From IMG/VR virus record IMGVR_UViG_2645728048_000004: a DNA stretch of 5,864 bases; one strand, 5' to 3'. Within the stretch, counting starts at the first letter, position 1; each line of letters begins with the position of its first letter. This document shows, one piece after another, positions 1-5,864 of this stretch. The notes under the pieces are model-generated. The model did no database searches and was not told the origin of the DNA. It worked only from the letters and a program-made list of their open reading frames with translations. The translations under genes were made by a program, and so were the position numbers. This DNA comes from a virus (lineage: Duplodnaviria; Heunggongvirae; Uroviricota; Caudoviricetes).

Positions 1-1
1 C

Positions 2-334
2 ATCACTGAACAGCGTGCGGAAGTACGTATTTTTGCCGGTAATGATCCGGCTCATACCGCCACAGGCAGCAGCGGGATTTCCTCGGCAACACCGGCACTG
101 ACGCCCCTGATGCTGGATGAAGCCAGCGGGAAACTGGTGGTCTGGGACGGACAGAAAGCCGGTAGTGCAGTTGGCATACTGGTACTGCCGCTTGAAGGCA
201 CAGAGACGGTACTGACCTATTACAAGTCGGGGACCTTTGCGACGGAGGCAATCCGCTGGCCTGAAAGTGTGGATGAACACAAAAAGGCAAATGCCTTTGC
301 CGGCAGTGCCCTGAGTCACGCGGCGCTGCCGTAA
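2..334 (+). CDS. D: Head decoration protein (lambda gpD-like), 5'-truncated by window edge
   Basis: Open frame runs from position 2 with no stop to TAA at 332-334. The translation (…LTPLMLDEASGKLVVWDGQKAGSAVGILVL…TYYKSGTFATEAIRWPE…KANAFAGSALS…) matches lambda gpD motifs recalled from memory (LMLDTSSRKLVAWDG…GILA…FYKSGTF…WPE…AFAGTAIS). It lies immediately upstream of the major capsid gene, as in lambda. The true start is outside the window. Confidence 0.9.
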   Translation: MTEQRAEVRIFAGNDPAHTATGSSGISSATPALTPLMLDEASGKLVVWDGQKAGSAVGILVLPLEGTETVLTYYKSGTFATEAIRWPESVDEHKKANAFAGSALSHAALP

Positions 335-341
335 CACGTTA

Positions 342-363
342 TCAGGCCACCGCGGTGGCCTGA
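342..363. repeat. Perfect 22-bp palindrome (TCAGGCCACCG|CGGTGGCCTGA) in the D-E intergenic spacer; potential RNA stem-loop
   Basis: Read directly from the sequence: positions 342-352 are the exact reverse complement of 353-363. It sits 8 nt after the D stop and 29 nt before the E start codon. No T-run follows, so it is not called a terminator. Confidence 0.6.
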
Positions 364-391
364 CTGATTTCTGAATGAAAGGAACTGATTT

Positions 392-1420
392 ATGGGATTG
401 TTTACGACCCGCCAGTTACTCGGTTATACCGAACAAAAAGTGAAATTTCGTGCGCTGTTTCTGGAGCTGTTTTTCCGCCGTACGGTGAATTTCCATACCG
501 AAGAGGTGATGCTGGACAAAATTACCGGAAAAACGCCGGTGGCGGCCTATGTCTCCCCGGTTGTTGAAGGAAAAGTGCTGCGTCATCGTGGTGGTGAAAC
601 CCGCGTGTTACGTCCGGGCTACGTCAAGCCGAAACACGAATTTAATTACCAGCAGGCGGTTGAGCGTCTTCCCGGTGAAGATCCGGCTCAGCTGAACGAC
701 CCGGCCTACCGTCGTCTGCGTATCATCACTGATAACCTCAAACAGGAAGAGCACGCCATTGTCCAGGTGGAAGAAATGCAGGCGGTGAATGCCGTGCTGT
801 ATGGCAAATACACGATGGAAGGAGACCAGTTCGAGAAAATTGAGGTCGATTTTGGCAGGTCGACGAAGAATAACATCACTCAGGGTAGTGGTAAGGAGTG
901 GTCAAAACAGGATCGTGACACGTTCGATCCTACACATGATCTTGACCTCTACTGCGACCAGGCCAGCGGTCTTGTGAATATTGCCATTATGGACGGTACC
1001 GTCTGGCGTCTGCTGAATGGCTTTAAATTGTTCCGCGAAAAACTGGATACCCGTCGCGGCTCTAATTCGCAACTCGAAACAGCGGTGAAAGACCTGGGCG
1101 CGGTGGTGTCCTTCAAAGGGTATTACGGCGATCTGGCCATTGTGGTGGCAAAAACGTCTTATGTGGCAGAGGACGGTACCGAAAAACGTTATCTGCCTGA
1201 GGGCTCGCTGGTCCTGGGGAATACGGCAGCAGAGGGCATTCGTTGCTATGGTGCCATTCAGGATGCGCAGGCGTTGTCCGAAGGTGTGGTGGCCTCTTCC
1301 CGTTATCCGAAACACTGGCTGACGGTAGGGGATCCCGCCCGTGAATTTACCATGACGCAGTCCGCGCCGCTGATGGTGTTGCCGGACCCGGATGAGTTTG
1401 TGGTGGTACAGGTGAAATAA
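392..1420 (+). CDS. E: Major capsid protein (lambda gpE-like)
   Basis: 342-aa ORF, close to lambda gpE in length (341 aa as recalled). Long collinear matches to recalled gpE include PGYVKPKHE, DPAYRR-RII, QVEEMQAV-AVL-GKYTM, NNITQ, EKLDTRRGSN-ELETAVKDLG, GDPAREFTM-QSAPLM and DPDEF. An AAGGAA Shine-Dalgarno-like motif lies about 8 nt upstream of the ATG at 392. Confidence 0.95.
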   Translation: MGLFTTRQLLGYTEQKVKFRALFLELFFRRTVNFHTEEVMLDKITGKTPVAAYVSPVVEGKVLRHRGGETRVLRPGYVKPKHEFNYQQAVERLPGEDPAQLNDPAYRRLRIITDNLKQEEHAIVQVEEMQAVNAVLYGKYTMEGDQFEKIEVDFGRSTKNNITQGSGKEWSKQDRDTFDPTHDLDLYCDQASGLVNIAIMDGTVWRLLNGFKLFREKLDTRRGSNSQLETAVKDLGAVVSFKGYYGDLAIVVAKTSYVAEDGTEKRYLPEGSLVLGNTAAEGIRCYGAIQDAQALSEGVVASSRYPKHWLTVGDPAREFTMTQSAPLMVLPDPDEFVVVQVK

Positions 1421-1428
1421 TCCGTGAG

Positions 1429-1457
1429 CGGGGGCGAAATGCCCCCGTGTCTTTTTT
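1429..1457 (+). terminator. Intrinsic-terminator-like hairpin (CGGGGGC-GAAAT-GCCCCCG) followed by a T6 run, between E and FI
   Basis: A 7-bp all-G/C stem (1429-1435 pairing with 1441-1447) encloses a 5-nt loop, followed by GTGTC and then TTTTTT at 1452-1457. It lies 9 nt after the E stop codon. Read directly from the sequence; function is inferred. Confidence 0.45.
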
Positions 1458-1471
1458 CACAGGGGGATGAT

Positions 1472-1846
1472 ATGGCAACGAAAGAGCAAAATCTGAAACG
1501 GCTTGATGAACTGGCCCTGATTCTGGGGCGTGAGCCGGATATATCCGGGAGTGCCGCAGAGATAGCGCAGCGGGTGGCAGAATGGGAAGAGGAAATGCAG
1601 TCATCCGGCGATGATGTACAGGTTATGAATATGGATATCCGGGAGAGGGAAAACGCGGCTCATGATGTTCGTGAGGATACATCCGGTGCGTTAACGCGCA
1701 TCAGAGTTCTGACCTGCCTCCATCTCTGTGGCATTGATGGTGAAACAGGGGAATCCGTTGAGATTGCGGATGTTGGTCGGGTGATTCTGATTATGTCCTC
1801 AGATGCAAAAACACACGTTGATGGTGGAATGGCTGTTTATGCGTGA
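1472..1846 (+). CDS. FI: DNA-packaging / head assembly protein (lambda gpFI-like)
   Basis: Sits between E and FII as in lambda. The acidic N-terminal region (MATKEQNLKRLDELAL…AAEIAQRVAEWEEEMQ) loosely resembles recalled lambda FI (…KDELIARL…ELALRVAELKEELDD). The ATG at 1472 is preferred because a GGGGGA Shine-Dalgarno-like motif lies 6-8 nt upstream. The upstream in-frame ATG at 1424 overlaps the hairpin and lacks an RBS. Confidence 0.75.
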   Translation: MATKEQNLKRLDELALILGREPDISGSAAEIAQRVAEWEEEMQSSGDDVQVMNMDIRERENAAHDVREDTSGALTRIRVLTCLHLCGIDGETGESVEIADVGRVILIMSSDAKTHVDGGMAVYA

Positions 1847-2192
1847 TTTTCAGAATGCCTTTGATGCCGCCCTTGCCGGGGTGGACAGTACGATTGTTGA
1901 AGTGATGGGCATCAGTGCGCAGTTCACCTCCGGTGCACAGCGTGGCGGCGAAGTTCAGGGGGTTTTTGACGATCCGGAGTCGCTGGGGTTTGCCAGTAGT
2001 GGGATCCGTATTGAAGGAAGCAGCCCGTCATTATTTGTGCGGACGGATACGGTTCGTGCCGTGCGGCGTGGTGACACGTTGACCATTAATGGTGAGACGT
2101 TCTGGGTGGATCGTGTTTCTCCGGATGACGGGGGCAGTTGTTATCTCTGGCTGAACCGTGGGCAACCACCCGCAGTTAACCGGCGACGATAA
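1839..2192 (+). CDS. FII: Head-tail joining / head completion protein (lambda gpFII-like)
   Basis: 117 codons from the ATG at 1839, matching the recalled gpFII length. Strong collinear similarity includes FDAA…GVFDDPE…EGSSPSLFVRTD-VR…RRGDTLTI…FWVDRVSPDDGGSC-LWL-RG-PPAVNRRR. The start overlaps the FI stop (ATGCGTGA). Confidence 0.9.
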   Translation: MRDFQNAFDAALAGVDSTIVEVMGISAQFTSGAQRGGEVQGVFDDPESLGFASSGIRIEGSSPSLFVRTDTVRAVRRGDTLTINGETFWVDRVSPDDGGSCYLWLNRGQPPAVNRRR

Positions 2193-2206
2193 ACGCAGGG
2201 TGAATT

Positions 2207-2782
2207 ATGGCGATAAAAGGGCTTGATCAGGCGATTGAAAATCTGAGCCGGGTTCGTAAAAACGCCATTCCGTCGGCTTCAGCAATGGCTATTAACCGCG
2301 TGGCTACAACGGCGATTAATCAGTCTTCGTCACAGGTTGCCCGGGAGACCAGGGTGAGCCGGAAACTGGTAAAGGAACGGTCCAGACTGAAACGGGCGAC
2401 GGTCAGAAATCCGAATGCCAAAATTATCGTTAATCGCGGTGATCTCCCTGCTATTAAGCTGGGGATCAGGATGCTTGGTCATCGTCCGAACAGCATACTT
2501 AAAGCCGGTCAGCATCGTTATCAGCGGGCATTCATCCAGCGATTAAATAATGGGCGCTGGCATGTTATGCAACGTTTGCCAGAAGCCCGGTATGCGAAGG
2601 GCAATGACGATAAAGGAAGGAAAAAGCGTAATCGTCTTCCCATTCAGGTGGTTAAAATTCCGATGGCGGCCCCACTGAAGCAGGCTTTTGATGAGAACGT
2701 TAACCGTATCCGGCGAGAACGTCTGCCAAAAGAACTGGCATCCGCGCTGAAACAACAACTGAGGATTGCAATAAAACGATGA
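2207..2782 (+). CDS. Z: Minor tail / tail completion protein (lambda gpZ-like)
   Basis: 191 aa. The N-terminus MAIKGL-QA-ENLSR…AMAINRVA…SQVARET-V-RKLVKER-RLKRATV-NP and the C-terminus NGRWHVMQR…VVKIPMA-PL…RIRRERLPKEL…QLR--IKR match recalled gpZ. It is in the expected position after FII. Confidence 0.9.
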   Translation: MAIKGLDQAIENLSRVRKNAIPSASAMAINRVATTAINQSSSQVARETRVSRKLVKERSRLKRATVRNPNAKIIVNRGDLPAIKLGIRMLGHRPNSILKAGQHRYQRAFIQRLNNGRWHVMQRLPEARYAKGNDDKGRKKRNRLPIQVVKIPMAAPLKQAFDENVNRIRRERLPKELASALKQQLRIAIKR

Positions 2783-3174
2783 AACACACTGACATTCGTG
2801 CCGCAGTGCTGGATGCACTCGAGCAGCATGAACACGGGGCGACGCTGTTTGATGGTCGCCCCGTTGTTTTTGACGAAGAGGATTTTCCTGCGATCGCGGT
2901 TTATCTGACGGATGCAGAGTATACCGGTGAAGAGCTGGATGCAGATACCTGGCGGGCCACGCTGCATATTGAGGTGTTTTTACCGGCACAGGTACCGGAT
3001 TCAGAGCTTGATCAGTGGATGGAAAGCCGGATTTACCCGGCGATGACCGCGATCCCGGCACTGGCAGGACTGATTACCACGATGGTTACGCAGGGCTATG
3101 AGTATCGTCGTGATGACGATATGGCGTTATGGAGTTCTGCAGATCTGACTTATTCCATTACATACGAGATGTGA
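2779..3174 (+). CDS. U: Tail terminator protein (lambda gpU-like)
   Basis: 131 aa, the same length as recalled gpU, with near-collinear similarity ([74 protein letters not shown]…[20 protein letters not shown]). The start overlaps the Z stop (ATGA). Confidence 0.93.
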   Translation: MKHTDIRAAVLDALEQHEHGATLFDGRPVVFDEEDFPAIAVYLTDAEYTGEELDADTWRATLHIEVFLPAQVPDSELDQWMESRIYPAMTAIPALAGLITTMVTQGYEYRRDDDMALWSSADLTYSITYEM

Positions 3175-3181
3175 GGACGAT

Positions 3182-3934
3182 ATGGCAACACCAAATCCCC
3201 TTGAGCCGGTAAAAGGTGCCGGTACCACTCTGTGGGTTTACAACGGCAAGGGTGATGCTTATGCAAACCCGTTGTCAGACGATGACTGGCAGCGACTGGC
3301 TAAGGTGAAGGATCTGACGCCGGGCGAGATGACGGCAGAATCCTACGATGATAACTACCTGGATGATGAAGACGCGGACTGGACCGCGACCGGGCAGGGG
3401 CAGAAATCTGCAGGTGATACCAGTTTTACGCTGGCCTGGAAACCGGGAGAGGAAGGCCAGAAAGGGCTTATAGGCTGGTTTGAAAGCGGCGATGTCCGGG
3501 CCTATAAAATCCGTTTTCCGAATGGCACGGTGGATGTGTTTCGTGGCTGGGTCAGCAGTATCGGTAAGGCCGTGACGGCGAAAGAAGTGATCACCCGCAC
3601 GGTGAAAGTCACTAACGTGGGTAAACCTTCTGTAGCGGAAGAACGCAGCAAAATTACGCCGGTCAGTGCGATTAAGGTGACGCCGACATCCGGTACGGTG
3701 GCAAAAGGGAAAACAACCACCCTGACGGTTTCTTTTGAGCCGGAAAGTGCAACAGACAAGACGTTCAGAGCGGTTTCCGCCGATCCGTCAACGGGAACCA
3801 TTGCTGTGAAAGATATGGTGATCACTGTGACGGGGGTTAAGGCTGGAAAAGTGAGTATCCCCGTGATTTCCGGTAATGGTCAGTTTGCCACGGTAGCTGA
3901 AGTCACCGTTACTGAAGCAGGCGCTGCAGGGTAA
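3182..3934 (+). CDS. V: Major tail tube protein (lambda gpV-like) with C-terminal Ig-like (Big_2-type) domain
   Basis: 250 aa. Matches recalled gpV across the tube domain ([12 protein letters not shown]…[59 protein letters not shown]…[43 protein letters not shown]) and the C-terminal Ig-like region (TLTV-F-PE…FRAVSAD…AGKV-IPV-SGNG-FA-VAE-TVT). A GAGGA RBS lies upstream. Confidence 0.95.
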   Translation: MATPNPLEPVKGAGTTLWVYNGKGDAYANPLSDDDWQRLAKVKDLTPGEMTAESYDDNYLDDEDADWTATGQGQKSAGDTSFTLAWKPGEEGQKGLIGWFESGDVRAYKIRFPNGTVDVFRGWVSSIGKAVTAKEVITRTVKVTNVGKPSVAEERSKITPVSAIKVTPTSGTVAKGKTTTLTVSFEPESATDKTFRAVSADPSTGTIAVKDMVITVTGVKAGKVSIPVISGNGQFATVAEVTVTEAGAAG

Positions 3935-3947
3935 ACGGAGGTCATAC

Positions 3948-4379
3948 ATGTTTCTGAAAACAGAACAATTTGAATATAACGGTGTGTCTGTCACGCTTTC
4001 CGAATTGTCTGCGCTGCAGCGTATTGAGCATCTTGCCCTCCTGAAACGGCGTGCAGAACAGGCAGAATCCAGCGGCAACCTGCAGGTAAGCGTGGAAGAT
4101 CTCGTCAGAACCGGCGCGTTTCTGGTGGCGATGTCCCTGTGGCATAACCATCCGCAGAAAACGGGGTCACCGTCAATGAATGAGGCCGTGATGCAGATTG
4201 AGCAGGAAGTCCTGACCACCTGGCCTGCTGATGCCATTGCCCGGGCGGAAGATGTGGTGTTGCGTCTGTCCGGGATGAGCGGGCCTGTTCATGTGGATAC
4301 GGATATTACCGAAGTGGCGAAAAATAACGCGCTGACTGATGATGATTTTTCTGCGGGAAAGTCTTCGACGGCGAGCTGA
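3948..4379 (+). CDS. G: Tail assembly chaperone (lambda gpG-like)
   Basis: 143 aa. Matches recalled gpG (MFLKTE-FE-NGV-VTLSELSALQRIEHLAL-KR-AEQAES…VED--RTGAFLVAMSLWHNHPQKT--PSMNEAV-QIEQEVLTTWP…AEDVV-RLSGM). A GGAGG RBS lies 7 nt upstream of the ATG. Confidence 0.93.
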   Translation: MFLKTEQFEYNGVSVTLSELSALQRIEHLALLKRRAEQAESSGNLQVSVEDLVRTGAFLVAMSLWHNHPQKTGSPSMNEAVMQIEQEVLTTWPADAIARAEDVVLRLSGMSGPVHVDTDITEVAKNNALTDDDFSAGKSSTAS

Positions 4380-4819
4380 ATTTTGCCCTCAGACTGGCGC
4401 GTGAGATGGGGAGGCCTGACTGGCGCGCCATGCTTGCCGGGATGACATCCACCGAATATGCCGACTGGCGACATTTTTACCGCACGCATTATTTTCAGGA
4501 TACCCAACTGGATATGCATTTTTCCGGGCTGACGTACGCTGTACTCAGCCTGTTTTTTTGCGATCCGGATATGCATCCCTCTGATTTCAGTCTGCTTGTC
4601 CCCCGGCATGAGGAAGAGCAGGTGGAGAGGCCGGATGAGGACAAAATGCTGATGCAGAAAGCGGCAGGACTTGCCGGAGGCGTCCGGTTCGGTGGGGACG
4701 GAGGGGGCGATATTTTATCGTCTGCGGATGTGGCGGATGTCATGGTGGATGATGCCGCATTAATGATGGCTTCAGCGGGGATTCCAGGAGGTGTGAGATA
4801 TGTCCCAGCCGGTTGGTGA
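3948..4819 (+). CDS. GT: Tail assembly chaperone fusion gpG-T, made by -1 frameshift at 4355-4361 (G frame 3948-4360, then -1 frame 4358-4819 after re-reading the AAA triplet)
   Basis: The -1 frame downstream of the slip site reads VFDGELNFALRLAREMGRPDWRAMLAGMTSTEYADWRHFYRTHYFQD…DMHFSGLTY-VLSLFF-DPDMHP-DFSLL…MLMQKAAGLAGGVRFG…GGVRY, which closely matches recalled lambda gpT. That frame has no plausible independent start with an RBS, consistent with expression only as a fusion. Stop TGA at 4817-4819. Confidence 0.85.
4355..4361 (+). other. Programmed -1 ribosomal frameshift slippery heptamer G GGA AAG (G to G-T)
   Basis: The heptamer GGGAAAG sits in the G frame as G-GGA-AAG, 6 codons before the G stop. 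The -1 frame is open from here and encodes gpT-like sequence. This is the same heptamer and arrangement as the lambda G/GT frameshift (established knowledge). Confidence 0.85.
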
Positions 4820-5864
4820 TCTTATTATTGACCTGAGTCTGGATGCGGTCCGTTTCGATGAGCAGATGAGCCGGGTAAGGCGTCATTTTTCAGGACTGGA
4901 TACTGACGCCAGAAAAACCGCCACTGCTGTTGAACAGGGCCTGAGCCGTCAGGCGCTGGCTGCACAAAAAGCCGGGATTTCCGTCGGACAGTATAAAGAG
5001 GCCATGCGAACCCTGCCCGCACAGTTTACGGATATCGCCACGCAGCTTGCCGGTGGTCAGAATCCCTGGCTGATCCTGCTGCAACAGGGCGGTCAGGTGA
5101 AGGACTCCTTCGGCGGGATGATCCCCATGCTCAGGGGGCTTGCCGGTGCGATCACCCTGCCGATGGTCGGGGTCACCTCGCTGGCGGTGGCGACAGGTGC
5201 GCTGGCGTACGCCTGGTACCAGGGGGATTCCACGCTTTCAGCGTTTAATAAAACCCTGGTTCTTTCCGGTAATCAGTCCGGACTGACTGCCGAGCGCATG
5301 CTGACGCTTTCCAGAGCCGGACAGGCCGCAGGGCTGACGTTTAACCAGGCGAGTGAGTCACTGGCAGCCCTGGTGAATGTCGGTGTGCGTGGTGGTGAAC
5401 AGTTTGATGCCATCAACCAGAGTGTCGCGCGTTTTGCTTCTGCATCCGGTGTGGAGGTGGATAAAGTCGCTGAAGCCTTCGGGAAGCTGACCACTGACCC
5501 GACGTCGGGGCTGATGGCGATGGCGCGCCAGTTCCGTAACGTGACGGCAGAGCAGATTGCGTATGTTGCGCAGCTGCAGCGTTCCGGTGATGAGGCCGGG
5601 GCCTTACAGGCGGCGAACGATATCGCCACGAAAGGCTTTGATGAGCAGACCCGCCGCCTGAAAGAGAACATGGGCACGCTGGAGACCTGGGCAGACAGGA
5701 CTGCACGGGCATTCAAATCCATGTGGGATGCGGTGCTGGATATTGGTCGTCCTGATACCGCGCAGAAGATGCTGATTAAGGCAGAGGCTGCGTTTAAGAA
5801 AGCAGACGACATCTGGAATCTGCGCAAGGATGATTATTTTGTTAACGATGAAGCGCGGGCGCGT
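4800..5864 (+). CDS. H: Tail tape measure protein (lambda gpH-like), 3'-truncated by window edge
   Basis: The ATG at 4800 is preceded by an AGGAGG RBS about 8 nt upstream. The frame is open for 355 codons to the window end. Its translation ([32 protein letters not shown]…[55 protein letters not shown]…[61 protein letters not shown]) matches the recalled N-terminal region of lambda gpH almost collinearly. The start overlaps the last 20 nt of the T frame. Confidence 0.93.
   Translation, partial: [355 protein letters not shown]

Noticed and set aside
789-1322. Plus-strand ORFs 789..977 (62 aa) and 1140..1322 (60 aa) nested in alternate frames inside the capsid gene E
   Set aside because: They are short, arginine-rich, out-of-frame overlaps within a well-supported coding region, with no RBS. 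Most likely chance ORFs.
1424-1471. Upstream in-frame ATG (1424) extending FI by 16 codons to give the 140-aa ORF in the track
   Set aside because: The extension would be translated through the GC hairpin and T-run. It has no Shine-Dalgarno motif and starts 4 nt after the E stop. The ATG at 1472 has a GGGGGA RBS and gives an N-terminus (MATKEQN…) resembling lambda FI.
4406-4819. Track ORF 4406..4819 (137 aa) as an independent gene T
   Set aside because: The frame is open upstream to the slippery site at 4355-4361 and the upstream residues (VFDGELNFALRLARE) belong to conserved gpT sequence. The ATG at 4406 lacks an RBS. It is better explained as the frameshifted part of G-T than as a separate gene.
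3-5827. Fifteen minus-strand ORFs of 61-184 aa from the six-frame track (3..290, 902..1315, 1347..1604, 2330..2515, 2543..3061, 2644..2967, 3502..3825, 3788..4237, 3942..4151, 4289..4609, 4495..4743, 4825..5022, 4890..5084, 5273..5827, 5413..5712)
   Set aside because: Each lies entirely antisense to a + strand gene with strong lambda structural homology. Translations are low-complexity and rich in R/S/P/A/C, as expected from antisense reading of GC-rich coding sequence. None has a recognisable RBS or resembles any protein family I know. A search could still be run on the 184-aa and 172-aa ones for completeness.
1-5864. Chi site (GCTGGTGG or its complement), CRISPR repeats, tRNA/ncRNA genes, and IS or transposon ends
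   Set aside because: On a manual scan I saw no exact GCTGGTGG/CCACCAGC octamer (near misses such as ACTGGTGG at about 132 and TCTGGTGG at about 4124), no regularly spaced direct repeats, no cloverleaf-like tRNA candidates and no terminal inverted repeats flanking a transposase-like ORF. An exact string search and tRNAscan/Infernal would be needed to be definitive.

Overview
This window is a contiguous, same-strand (+) lambda-like late-operon head-to-tail morphogenesis module, most likely from a lambdoid phage or prophage of an enterobacterial host. Gene order is D (head decoration, 5' end cut by the window edge), E (major capsid), FI, FII, Z, U, V (major tail tube), G, the G-T -1 frameshift product, and H (tape measure, 3' end cut by the window edge). 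Assignments rest on reading the supplied translations against lambda proteins recalled from memory; no similarity search or identity calculation was run. Genes are tightly packed, with overlapping stop/start codons at three junctions. I do not see any inserted cargo, moron, defence system, RNA gene, CRISPR array or mobile element; every long + strand ORF is accounted for by a lambda structural homolog and the minus-strand ORFs look like antisense artefacts. The observations worth a second look are small-scale: a GGGAAAG slippery heptamer at the 3' end of G, a GC-rich hairpin plus T-run just after the capsid gene, a perfect 22-bp palindrome between D and E, and an apparently more divergent FI gene.
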